Source: Solirubrobacterales bacterium (GTDB lineage Bacteria > Actinomycetota > Thermoleophilia > Solirubrobacterales > 70-9). Taken from it: a DNA stretch of 64,000 bases. The position numbers and the translations under genes were made by a program. The notes under the pieces were generated by a model that had not been told where the DNA came from, did no database searches, and worked only from the letters and a program-made list of their open reading frames with translations. This document shows positions 17,026-25,648 of the stretch, in pieces. The stretch lies in NCBI GenBank assembly GCA_038317345.1, contig JBBQBH010000010.1, positions 339 through 64,338 of the forward strand, given 5' to 3'. How positions within the stretch are numbered: position 1 is the first letter of the stretch; every line of letters begins with the position of its first letter.

Positions 17026-17868
17026 ATGGGCGAGTTCACCTACGAGGGCTATCGGCTCTCCTATGACGAATACGGGGCCGGCGACCGGCCGATCGTGCTG
17101 ATCCACGGTCTGCTGATGAACCGGCACATGTTCGAGCGGCTGGGGCCGATCCTGGCCGAGCGCGGCAATCGTGTGATCGCGCTCGACCTGCTCGGACACG
17201 GGCGCTCCGACCGCCCCGAGGACCTGCAGCGCTACTCGATGCCGCTGTTCGCCTATCAGGTGACCGCATTGCTCGACCACCTTGGAATCGAATCGGCGGT
17301 TGTCGGGGGCACGTCGCTGGGCGCAAACGTCAGTCTGGAGGCGGCCGTGCGCTTCCCGGAGCGCGTTCAGGGGTTGTTCATCGAAATGCCGGTACTAGAC
17401 AACGCCCTCTCGGCGGTGGCGGCGATATTCGCCCCGATCATGATCGCCCTGCGCTTCGGCCGCCCCGTCTTCGAGGCGGTGTCTCGGGCCACCGCGATGC
17501 TGCCGCGCTCCCACTTCATCGTCGACATCGGGCTCGACATGGTCCGCCAGCGCCCCGGGCCCTCGGTCTCGGTGCTGGAGGGGCTGCTGTTGGGGGAGAG
17601 CTCGCCGCGCAGCGCCGAGCGGCGCGGGATCGAGCAGCCGGCGCTGATCGTCGGGCACCCGAACGATCCTCTGCACCCATTCAGCGACGCGGGAATGCTG
17701 GTCGGGGAGCTGGCCAACGCGCGCCAGATCGACGCCGATTCGATCTTCGAGTGGCGACTGAAGCCTGACCGCCTGAACGCCGCGCTGGCCGACTTCCTCG
17801 ACGACGCCTGGTCGCAGGTCGAGGAGGAGCGCAGGCCCGAGCGCAAGGCGCGCATGGCTGGGGCGTAA
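17026..17868 (+). CDS. Alpha/beta-fold hydrolase
   Basis: Oxyanion HG motif (IVLIHGLLMN) and nucleophile elbow GGTSLGA (GxSxG). Confidence 0.8.
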   Translation: MGEFTYEGYRLSYDEYGAGDRPIVLIHGLLMNRHMFERLGPILAERGNRVIALDLLGHGRSDRPEDLQRYSMPLFAYQVTALLDHLGIESAVVGGTSLGANVSLEAAVRFPERVQGLFIEMPVLDNALSAVAAIFAPIMIALRFGRPVFEAVSRATAMLPRSHFIVDIGLDMVRQRPGPSVSVLEGLLLGESSPRSAERRGIEQPALIVGHPNDPLHPFSDAGMLVGELANARQIDADSIFEWRLKPDRLNAALADFLDDAWSQVEEERRPERKARMAGA

Positions 17869-17871
17869 GGC

Positions 17872-18651
17872 ATGGCGGACCGGCGGGAAGAGAAGGCGCG
17901 GCTGCGACAGATCCGCGAGGAGGCGGAGAAGCGCGAGGCCGGCGAGCAGCGGCGCAAGCTGTTGATCGGCTACGGGGTCGCCGGTCTGCTGGCCGCCGCG
18001 GTCGTGCTCGGGATCGTGATCGTCGTGGTCGGCAGCAGCGTAGGCGGGGGCGCGAGCGGGGCCGCCCACATCAATGCCCCCGACAGCGGCTCGACCAACG
18101 GGGTCCCTCCCGACGACCGCACAGGCCCCAAGCCCCCGCCCGTCAAGGTCTCGGACCTGAAGCTGGCGGCGAAGAAGGCCGGCTGCGATCTGCGACTCGG
18201 CCTTCGCGACGAGGGCCACACGCATATCCCGCCTGGTTCGAAGACGCCCCACTACGACACCAACCCGCCCAACTCCGGCACCCACGTCCAGACAGGGTTC
18301 CAGCAAGCGGACGGCGCATATCTGAAGCAGCCGAAGGAGATCGACTTCGTGCACTCGCTCGAGCACGGGCGGCTCGAGATCCAGTACAGCCCCAAGCTGC
18401 CGACCAAGGACCAGTTGGCGCTCAGAGGGCTCTACAACACCCTCTACGGGGGCGTGCTGCTGTTCCCCAACGACACGATGCCCTACGCGGTGGCCACGAC
18501 GACGTGGACGAACCTGATGGGCTGCAAGACGTACAAGGGCGCGATCACGCTCGACGCCGTCCGCGACTTCGGCAAGGCCACCGGGGGGCGCTTCGGCGGT
18601 GAGGGCGCTCCCTTCACCGGCCCGACCCCAGTCAATCCGACGGTCCGCTAG
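17872..18651 (+). CDS. DUF3105-like membrane-anchored protein
   Basis: A charged N-terminus and one TM helix precede an extracytoplasmic domain with His-rich blocks DEGHTHIPPGS, NSGTHV and FVHSLEHGRLEIQY, as I recall for DUF3105. Confidence 0.6.
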   Translation: MADRREEKARLRQIREEAEKREAGEQRRKLLIGYGVAGLLAAAVVLGIVIVVVGSSVGGGASGAAHINAPDSGSTNGVPPDDRTGPKPPPVKVSDLKLAAKKAGCDLRLGLRDEGHTHIPPGSKTPHYDTNPPNSGTHVQTGFQQADGAYLKQPKEIDFVHSLEHGRLEIQYSPKLPTKDQLALRGLYNTLYGGVLLFPNDTMPYAVATTTWTNLMGCKTYKGAITLDAVRDFGKATGGRFGGEGAPFTGPTPVNPTVR

Positions 18652-19592
18652 CTGGACGCCGGGGTGGCCCGGTAGGCGGGAAAGAATCCTCCCGATTCGC
18701 GTCCGCTGCTGAGCCGCCGGTAGGCGTCGCCGTCGCAAACGATCTCCGAGGTATGGAAGGGCTCGGTGCGGTTGGCGAAGCCGCGCTTGAACTCCTCCAG
18801 GTGATCTCCGGGCTTGATTCCACCGCCGAGGTTGAGCGGCAGGCCCGAGTCCTCGGCGAAGTCGGCGATCGCTGCGACCACGTTCTTCATCGGCGAGTCA
18901 GAGACGAGCCGGTCGGCGCTGCCGCTGAGGTAGTAATGGAGCATCCCGTCGCTGCGCGCGGCGATCGAGCCCGCAGCCACCTCCCCGCCAGGCTCCAGCG
19001 CCAGGAACAGCGAGCAGCCTTCGAAGGCGAGGATCCCGGCGAAGTACTCGTCGCCGAAGAAGTAGCGGCCCTCGGCTCCAGCCCGCTGCATCGTCTGCTC
19101 ATAGGCGGCAAGGAAACCGACACGCTCGGAGTCCGACACCGCCGGACCCGAAACGTGGCGAACCTCATAGCCACGCTCGGCGTTGCGCCGGATCTGCTGG
19201 CGATCGCTTGGGCGACTCTTTCGAGGCAGCGCCGGATCGGCGATCTGGACCTGGTTTCGGACGGTCGCGCCGGTCAGCGCCGGCTCGCCGCCGAGGCGAT
19301 GACGCAGGAAGAGGCTGACCAGGCCAGTCTCCGACCAGTCGACCTGATCCGGGTCGAGCCTGCAGCCCTGTTGCGCCTCGATCCCCGGATAGCCATAGGG
19401 CGAAGTCGCATCCAGCGCGTCCGCGGCATCTATCTCGCGCACGACGACGGGGGCCAGCATCTGGCTTCCCCCGCCCGAGATCCGCAGCGTGTGGGTGACC
19501 CCTTCGGCTGACATGAACTCGGCCGAGTGGAAGAACTCCGCTCCGGCCACGGCGGCACCTCCATCCTCGAGCAGCTCGGCCGCGGCGCTCAC
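18648..19592 (-). CDS. FemAB-like / GNAT-fold acyltransferase (Acetyltransf_6-like)
   Basis: 314-aa ORF whose C-terminal block MLHYYLSGSADRLVSDSPMKNVVAAIADFAEDSGLPLNLGGG...EFKRGFAN is typical of FemAB/BioF2-like acyltransferases in polysaccharide loci. Confidence 0.55.
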   Translation of the reverse strand: MSAAAELLEDGGAAVAGAEFFHSAEFMSAEGVTHTLRISGGGSQMLAPVVVREIDAADALDATSPYGYPGIEAQQGCRLDPDQVDWSETGLVSLFLRHRLGGEPALTGATVRNQVQIADPALPRKSRPSDRQQIRRNAERGYEVRHVSGPAVSDSERVGFLAAYEQTMQRAGAEGRYFFGDEYFAGILAFEGCSLFLALEPGGEVAAGSIAARSDGMLHYYLSGSADRLVSDSPMKNVVAAIADFAEDSGLPLNLGGGIKPGDHLEEFKRGFANRTEPFHTSEIVCDGDAYRRLSSGRESGGFFPAYRATPASS

Positions 19593-20131
19593 TCGAGGTC
19601 GGCGGCCGCGGCGCGGAACTCGTCGGGAAGGACTCCCCAGACTTCGCAGTCGGCCTGCTCGCCGTCACGAGACAGGTGGCCCCGCATCGTTCCCTCGTGG
19701 CTCCAGCCGAGGCTCGCGACCACGCGCTTGGCGGCCTCGTTATCGGCCGGGATCCGCCCGTAGACGCGATGGGCACCGAACTCGTCGAAGGCCTTGGCGA
19801 TCGTCAGCGCCTCGGCCCGCCGGCCCACCCCCTTGCCGCGCACGTCGTCGCCGATCAGCGCCCCCAGCTCCGGCGCCGTCTGGCGAAACAGCCCGTACAG
19901 GGCCGTGAAACCGACCGGCCCCTCGTGCCCCTCGACCATGATCGCGAACTTGCGGTCCTCCCCCGAGTCGCCCATCGCCCGCTCAACCCACCGTTCGGCG
20001 TCCTGCTCGGAGAAGTCCGAGCGCTGCTCCATCAGTGTTGCGGTCGCGTCGCGGTTGTTGAACCAACGGTGCACCGCGCCCGCGTCGCCGAGCTTAAACC
20101 CGCGCAGCCAGACCTTGGGGGCATCGCTCAT
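19589..20131 (-). CDS. GNAT-family N-acetyltransferase (RimJ/RimL-like)
   Basis: Acetyl-CoA binding motif RGKGVGRRAEALTIAKAFDEFGAHRVYGRIPADNEAAKRVVASLGW. Overlaps both neighbours by 4 nt. Confidence 0.8.
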   Translation of the reverse strand: MSDAPKVWLRGFKLGDAGAVHRWFNNRDATATLMEQRSDFSEQDAERWVERAMGDSGEDRKFAIMVEGHEGPVGFTALYGLFRQTAPELGALIGDDVRGKGVGRRAEALTIAKAFDEFGAHRVYGRIPADNEAAKRVVASLGWSHEGTMRGHLSRDGEQADCEVWGVLPDEFRAAAADLE

Positions 20132-20156
20132 CGAGTCGGAACGATACGCGCGGGCT

Positions 20157-20720
20157 CTAGTCAGGCGCCAGCCCGTGGCCCGTGATCAGCAATACGAAGG
20201 TCCTGCCGAGGATGCGCAGATCGAGGGCCAGCGAGCGATGATCGACGTACCAGACGTCGAGCTCAATCCGCTCCTCCCAAGGAATCCCGGCGCGGCCCTG
20301 AACCTGAGCCCAGCCGGTGATCCCGGGCTTCACCTCGAGACGGCGACGCTGGTACGGGTTGTAATCGGAGACTTGGGCCTCGATCGTAGGGCGCGGCCCG
20401 ACGATCGACATCTCCCCCCGCAGGACATTGATCAGATTGGGGATCTCGTCGAGCGAGAAGCGACGCAATGGGCGCCCGACGGGCGTCACCCGCGGGTCGT
20501 CGCGGGTAACCACGGTCCCCACCCCAACCGGATCGGAGCCCTGCACCATTGTGCGCAGCTTCAGCATCTCGAAGACCCGCCCGTCCTTTCCAACCCGGCG
20601 CTGGCGGTAGATCGCCGGCCCAGGACTGCCGAGCCGGATCGCGATCACCGCCACGGCGAGCAGCGGCAGGCAGAGAATCAGTGCCACCGAGGCGACGACT
20701 ACGTCGAGGGCCCTGGTCAA
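20157..20720 (-). CDS. Small PglC/WbaP-type undecaprenyl-phosphate sugar-phosphate transferase (priming enzyme)
   Basis: One N-terminal re-entrant helix plus the bacterial sugar-transferase blocks RRVGKDGRVFEMLKLRTM and DEIPNLINVLRGEMSIVGPRP. Confidence 0.85.
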   Translation of the reverse strand: MTRALDVVVASVALILCLPLLAVAVIAIRLGSPGPAIYRQRRVGKDGRVFEMLKLRTMVQGSDPVGVGTVVTRDDPRVTPVGRPLRRFSLDEIPNLINVLRGEMSIVGPRPTIEAQVSDYNPYQRRRLEVKPGITGWAQVQGRAGIPWEERIELDVWYVDHRSLALDLRILGRTFVLLITGHGLAPD

Positions 20721-21844
20721 CGCGTTCCCGCCGCCTTCTCCCAGGTGGCAGGGCTACCACGGCGAGCCCGGTCCCAGAGCCCAGCGGCAATCGAGGCAGT
20801 GGTGAGCACGTAGTAACGCGCGATCCGCAGCGGGGCGAGGGGAACGAAGCGCCCCAGCAGGGCGGCGAGCAGGATCGCCGCCTGTGCGGCGAGGGTGACC
20901 GCGTAGACCCAGCCGTGGCCGAGCAGGACGACGTTGGCGGCAAGCGCGACCAGGTGCAGCAGCGGCGTCAAATAGCGAATCAGCCGGTGCGAGGCGATCT
21001 GAAACGCGAACAGGGGACGGTATCCGCGCGGCGAGAGCATTCCTTCGCGCACGACGATGTCCCAGAGGCCGACCATCATCCGTCGCTTGCGGGCGAACTC
21101 ACCCTCCAGGGTGGGGACCATGCGCTCCTCGGCAACCGCCCACGGCGCGTAGAGCGCCCGCATCCCCCGCTTCTCCAGCTCGAAGGGAAGCGAGAGGTCG
21201 TGGCTGGCGCTCGGCGGAAGCGGCATGTAGGCGTCGCTTCGCACCGCGTATATCCCCCCGTTGCCGGCCGTGACCCCGCCGAGACCGGACTCCAGCTCGC
21301 GGACCGCCATCTCGTAGCGCCAGTAGAAGCCCTCCTGGTTGTCGCCCTCGCCGTCGATGAGTTGCAGCTGGCCGCAGACGTAGCCGACGGCCGGGTCCGC
21401 GAACGGCTCCACGAGGCGCAGCAGGGCGTCGTCGCGCCAGAAGCTGTTGGCGTCGGAGAAGGCCAGAACCTCGCCTGAGGCCCGCTCCGCAGCGGCGTCC
21501 TGGGCGGCGATCTTGCCGCCCCGCGGCAGGTCGAGGACGAGGTCGGCGCCCGCCCCGCGCGCCGCCTCGATGGTGGCGTCGGAGGAACCGTCGGAGGCGA
21601 CGATCAATTGCAGCCGCTCGCGCGGATAGTCGAGCGCCAACGCGTTTTCAACCTTCACCGCGATCACCTCCGCCTCGTCGTAGGCGGCGACGATCAGCGA
21701 CACGGGAGGGAGCTCCTGAAGCGGGCGTGGGTGCTCCAGCGTCGGCCGCCGCCGCAGCTTCGCGAGCACCCACAGGGTCAGCGGGTAGCCCGCGTGCGTG
21801 TAGGCGATCAGCCCAACAGAGATCCAGAAGACTGCTTCGAGCAC
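20717..21844 (-). CDS. Family 2 glycosyltransferase with C-terminal TM segments
   Basis: GT-A N-terminus VSLIVAAYDEAEVI...IVASDGSSDAT, a DxD-like FSDAN, and C-terminal membrane helices. Confidence 0.8.
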   Translation of the reverse strand: MLEAVFWISVGLIAYTHAGYPLTLWVLAKLRRRPTLEHPRPLQELPPVSLIVAAYDEAEVIAVKVENALALDYPRERLQLIVASDGSSDATIEAARGAGADLVLDLPRGGKIAAQDAAAERASGEVLAFSDANSFWRDDALLRLVEPFADPAVGYVCGQLQLIDGEGDNQEGFYWRYEMAVRELESGLGGVTAGNGGIYAVRSDAYMPLPPSASHDLSLPFELEKRGMRALYAPWAVAEERMVPTLEGEFARKRRMMVGLWDIVVREGMLSPRGYRPLFAFQIASHRLIRYLTPLLHLVALAANVVLLGHGWVYAVTLAAQAAILLAALLGRFVPLAPLRIARYYVLTTASIAAGLWDRARRGSPATWEKAAGTR

Positions 21845-21851
21845 GGCCCGA

Positions 21852-22973
21852 TTATCGGCGCTCCGACGCCAGTAGCTCTTCGTAGAGGCTCAATGTGTCG
21901 GCGGCGATTCGATCCCAGGAGAACGGGCCCTCGGCCGCACGGCGCGCCGCCGCCGCGAGCTCGGAGCGGGCCGCCTCGTCATCGACGAGCTCGGCCAATG
22001 CCTGAGCGAGCGCCGCTGGGTTCTCGGGCGGGACGATCCGGGCCGCCCCATGCTCGCTGGCCAGCTCCGGGAAGCCGCCGACCGCGGACAGCACCATCGG
22101 CTTGCCGAAGGCGAGCGCCGTGTAGACGACGCCCGAGTGCTCGACGTCGCGGTAGGGCAGCACGACGAGGTCGGCGCGCCGAAAGTAGGCGGGGATCTCG
22201 GGGTCGGTGATGAAGCGGGGCACGAAACGGACCGTGCCGCCCGCCGACTCGGCGAGCCGGCGAAGCGGCTCGACCGGCATCCGGGGGTTGCCGACAATCC
22301 ACAGCTCAGCCCCCTGCACCGACCGAAACGCCTCTAACAGGGTGTCGATCCCCTTGTAGGGGCGCAGCAGCCCGAAGAAGAGGATCACCGGGCCCTCGGC
22401 GTCGCGCAGCTCGGCCGGCAGCGGTTCTTCCTCCGGCAGCCTGGATAGGTAGTCGAAGGCACCGTGGTTGATGACGCGCACGCGGGTCGGCTCGACGCCG
22501 ACCTCCTCCTCGAGCCGGCGCGCGCCGTGGCGCGAGTGCGCCACGACTGCGTCCATGCGACCGAAGACGCGCCGCGCGGTCGCGAGCTGGCTGCGGCTGG
22601 GCTGCGGCGGAAGCACGTAATGCGCGGTCATCACCCGCGGGCGCAGCGGCGGCAACAGCAGCGCGTCCAGACCGGGCACCGTCAGCCACTGGTAGTGGAT
22701 GACGTCGGCATCGGCAGAGCGCCGGAAGCGCAGCATGTCGGGGACGTGCTCGGCGAGCTTGAAGACGCGCCTGGCCGGGGTGTCGAGGCCACGCCCCGCG
22801 GCTCGCCTATAGAAGCGCTCCGAGACCTCATATCCCTGCGGCTGCGGAGTGGGGCCGTAAAGAAAGCGGCTGGTGACCAGCTCGACTTCGGCGCCGGCAC
22901 GAGCGAGGGCGGCGGCCAGCGCGTGGTCGTAGGGCGGCGTGAAGGCCGACGGGTCGACGAGCTGCACTCGCAT
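21852..22973 (-). CDS. Family 4 (GT-B) glycosyltransferase
   Basis: C-terminal GT1/GT4 signature LVVLPYRDVEHSGVVYTALAFGKPMVLSAVGGFPEL. The ATG at 22973 is overlapped by the stop of the 54-codon ORF (TGATG). Confidence 0.85.
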   Translation of the reverse strand: MRVQLVDPSAFTPPYDHALAAALARAGAEVELVTSRFLYGPTPQPQGYEVSERFYRRAAGRGLDTPARRVFKLAEHVPDMLRFRRSADADVIHYQWLTVPGLDALLLPPLRPRVMTAHYVLPPQPSRSQLATARRVFGRMDAVVAHSRHGARRLEEEVGVEPTRVRVINHGAFDYLSRLPEEEPLPAELRDAEGPVILFFGLLRPYKGIDTLLEAFRSVQGAELWIVGNPRMPVEPLRRLAESAGGTVRFVPRFITDPEIPAYFRRADLVVLPYRDVEHSGVVYTALAFGKPMVLSAVGGFPELASEHGAARIVPPENPAALAQALAELVDDEAARSELAAAARRAAEGPFSWDRIAADTLSLYEELLASERR

Positions 22974-23137
22974 CAGATGAGTGATGCCACGGCAACGTGC
23001 GCCTGGGGGCGCGCGTGGCCGAGCAGATCGAGGATGGAGGGCGCGAAGTGTGCTTGTTGCACTCGAGCGCCCGAAGAGGATGAGATGCGAAGCGCCACGC
23101 GCGTAATCCAGGCGTGCGGGGTCGTGGGGTTACTCAT
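22973..23137 (-). CDS. Possible 54-aa ORF coincident with palindromic element copy 1
   Basis: The ATG at 23137 lies 8 nt after a GATAAT hexamer, and the stop TGA overlaps the GT4 ATG. The peptide MSNPTTPHAWITRVALRISSSSGARVQQAHFAPSILDLLGHARPQAHVAVASLI is 37/54 identical to the ORF at 43292-43456. The plus strand has an equally long ORF, so coding is uncertain. Confidence 0.3.
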   Translation of the reverse strand: MSNPTTPHAWITRVALRISSSSGARVQQAHFAPSILDLLGHARPQAHVAVASLI

Positions 23138-23139
23138 CT
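22975..23139. repeat. 165-bp imperfect palindromic element, copy 1 (ERIC/Correia/MITE-like or structured RNA)
   Basis: Gapless ~79% identity by hand alignment to 43294-43458. Termini are AGATGAGT...ACTCATCT, and the internal stems CGCCTGG/CCAGGCG, CGCGTGGC/GCCACGCG, GGGCGC/GCGCCC and GTGC/GCAC fold it into one long hairpin. Confidence 0.75.
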
Positions 23140-23162
23140 AGGGCGATTATCGTGAGCGGGCC

Positions 23163-24101
23163 TTGGAGCCGACTCTTTCCTACTGCGTCGTGAACACGAA
23201 CGGCCGCGAGTTCCTGCTCGCCTGCCTGGAGGCGATCGAGCGCAGCACGCCTGCCGACCTCGAGCGTGAGGTCCTGGTGCTCGACAACGCCTCCGATGAC
23301 GGCTCGGCCGACGCGGTGCGCGGACTTGGTCGCAATATCCGTCTCATCGAGCTGGATCGGCGCACCGGCAAGGCGGCCAACGATTCGACCCTCTTGCGCG
23401 AGGCCCGTGGTCGCTACTGCCTGCTGCTCAACGAGGATTCAGAGTTGCGACCCGGCGCCGTCGAGGCGCTGATTGAGGAACTGGAGGCCGACCCAGCGGC
23501 CGCCGTCGCCGGCGCCCAACTGCTCGACTCCGGCGGACACGAAGTGCCTTGTGCCTGGCGCTTCCCCGGCGTCGGCACGGCGCTTGCCGGGGCCCTGTTC
23601 CTGCACCGCTGGCTGACCGTGCAGAGCAAGGGCAGCGAGACCCGGCGGGTCGACTGGGTGCAGTCCAGCGTCATGCTGGTCCGCCGCGAGGCGGCCGCCG
23701 GGGTCGGCTACCTGGACTCGGACTTCTTCGTCTACTACGACGAGTGTGATCTCTGCAAGCGGCTGGCCGACGCCGGATGGCGGACCCTCTACGTCCCGGG
23801 CGCCCGCGCCGTCCATCACGACCAGCTGGCCACCGACCTCGGCGCCGGGCTGCCTCGCATCGTCGAGTTTCACCGCAATCGCGACCTCTATATGCGCAAG
23901 CACAGCTCCGCGCTGGCGGCCTTCGCCGTGCGGTTGCTGACCGCCTGGGCCTACGCGATACGGGCGCTGGCGGCACTGTTCCTCCCCCGCCACCCGGCGG
24001 GCGTCTATCTGGCGCATGCACGCCAGGCGCTGCGCCCGGCTCGCGGCGAAAGCATGCGTGACCTAGCTAGTGGTCACGCCCACAACGACGGTCATCTCTA
24101 A
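23163..24101 (+). CDS. Family 2 glycosyltransferase
   Basis: GT-A N-terminus SYCVVNTNGREFLLACLEAIE...VLDNASDDGSADAV and a DxD region (YYDECD). This is the only plus-strand gene in the polysaccharide locus. Confidence 0.8.
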   Translation: MEPTLSYCVVNTNGREFLLACLEAIERSTPADLEREVLVLDNASDDGSADAVRGLGRNIRLIELDRRTGKAANDSTLLREARGRYCLLLNEDSELRPGAVEALIEELEADPAAAVAGAQLLDSGGHEVPCAWRFPGVGTALAGALFLHRWLTVQSKGSETRRVDWVQSSVMLVRREAAAGVGYLDSDFFVYYDECDLCKRLADAGWRTLYVPGARAVHHDQLATDLGAGLPRIVEFHRNRDLYMRKHSSALAAFAVRLLTAWAYAIRALAALFLPRHPAGVYLAHARQALRPARGESMRDLASGHAHNDGHL

Positions 24102-25642
24102 CGAAGCGTGTCCTCGTCGGCCGCCTCGGCCTCGTAGATCTCGGGGATCGTGCCGGTCGGCGTCGCCGCCGGAGCGGCCCGCAACTCGCCCAGTCGTGCG
24201 ATCAGCTCGCGGGGGCGAAACAGAATCGAGAACGAGCGACGCTCGGAGCGGGTGAAGAAGCCGCTCGCCACCAGCACGAACGGAAAGGCGAGCCAAAGCA
24301 CGAGGCGTCCGGCCAATCCGGCCAAACCGGAGGTCGGCATCCACAACTCACCGAAGCCGACCAGGGCGGCGGAGGCAAGCACGATCCGCAGCAGCCTCCC
24401 CCACTCGTAGGGCACCGCGAAGAGGCGCTGGGTGAACGCGTACATCAACACCAGCACGACGACGTAGGACGCGACCAGGGCGAGGCCGGCTCCGACGATC
24501 CCCAGCGACGGCACCAGGGCAAGGTTGAGGGCGACGTTGGTGACGGTCGCCGCCGCGGTGGCGGGGAAGTTGAACCCTGTGCGCCCGGTTCGCCCCAGGA
24601 TCACCACCAGCACCATGTAGAGGGCATAGAGGGTGACGCCGGTAGAGATCAGGCCTATCGCCTTGTATGAGCCGAAGAAGTCCGGGGCGGCCAGCGCCCT
24701 GACGATCCAGCGCGAGAGCAGCCACATCCCGGTTACCACGAAGGTGCACCCGGCGACGAACCAGGTGACGATCAGGGCGTAGGCACGGCGCGCCTCGTCG
24801 TCGTCGCGGATCGAGTAGGCGAGCGGCGGCCAGGCGAGTTGAAAGCCGCGCACCAAGACGTTGACCGCCTGCGCGAACTTGACCGCCAGCGCGTAGAGGC
24901 CCGCCTCGGCGAGCCCCGCATATCGGACCAGGATCACGCGGTCGATGAAGTTGAGCGAGTACAGCGAGAGCTCGGCCGGCATGGTCGGGAATCCGAACCG
25001 CATCAGGCGACCCAGAAGCGGCCTGTCGACGCGCAGCGAGAGGCGCCTGCGATGGACGGCGATCAAACCAATCACGAACACTGCCCCGGTCGCGTAGCTG
25101 CCGATCAGCAGTCCGCGCGCGCCCTCGTCGCCGCCGACGACCAGGACGACGGTAACCGGGATCGTCAGCAGCACGTTGGCGATCGTGGTGACGAAGTAGG
25201 CGCGGGCGCGCTCCTCGAGCCGGAACAGGGTCATCAGGTACTCGAACAGGGTCAGCACCCAGAGGCCCCCGATCGCGATCCGCACCAGACCGGGATCGTG
25301 AGTCTTGATCAGCGCATCGGAAATCTGGCCGGCGAACGGCAGCGCGATCAGCGCCCCGGCGGTGGCGGCCCAGAAGATCGCCGCGAACGAGGTCGCGACC
25401 ACTCGGTCGGAGTCCTCGTCGGCCTCGTAGTAGAAGCGCAGCAGCGCTTCGATAGCTCCCAGCCGGACCACGATGCTGGCGGAGACAACGCCGGCGAACA
25501 GCACCTCGGCGGCGCCGTAATCGGCCGGGGTGAGGTAACGCGTGTAGACCGGCAACAGCGCGACCGCGATCAGCTTCGAGAGAACGCTCGACGCCGTGTA
25601 CGCGGCACCGGTCGTCGCGAGGCGGCGAAGGTACTGCGACAT
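24098..25642 (-). CDS. Wzx-type oligosaccharide flippase (MOP superfamily polysaccharide biosynthesis protein)
   Basis: 514-aa protein with ~12-14 TM helices. The N-terminal block AYTASSVLSKLIAVALLPVYTRYLTPADYGAAEV is typical of Wzx/RfbX flippases. Confidence 0.8.
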   Translation of the reverse strand: MSQYLRRLATTGAAYTASSVLSKLIAVALLPVYTRYLTPADYGAAEVLFAGVVSASIVVRLGAIEALLRFYYEADEDSDRVVATSFAAIFWAATAGALIALPFAGQISDALIKTHDPGLVRIAIGGLWVLTLFEYLMTLFRLEERARAYFVTTIANVLLTIPVTVVLVVGGDEGARGLLIGSYATGAVFVIGLIAVHRRRLSLRVDRPLLGRLMRFGFPTMPAELSLYSLNFIDRVILVRYAGLAEAGLYALAVKFAQAVNVLVRGFQLAWPPLAYSIRDDDEARRAYALIVTWFVAGCTFVVTGMWLLSRWIVRALAAPDFFGSYKAIGLISTGVTLYALYMVLVVILGRTGRTGFNFPATAAATVTNVALNLALVPSLGIVGAGLALVASYVVVLVLMYAFTQRLFAVPYEWGRLLRIVLASAALVGFGELWMPTSGLAGLAGRLVLWLAFPFVLVASGFFTRSERRSFSILFRPRELIARLGELRAAPAATPTGTIPEIYEAEAADEDTLR

Positions 25643-25648
25643 CAGTCC

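Noticed and set aside
22464-23141. Plus-strand ORFs running through the palindromic elements (22464-23141; also 43303-43542 and the 54-codon plus-frame ORFs)
   Set aside because: The longer ORFs are antisense to the GT4 and fhaA/fhaB genes. The symmetric ATG...stop arrangement on both strands follows from the AGATG...CATCT termini. The plus-frame peptides are recorded in the findings but not called as genes.
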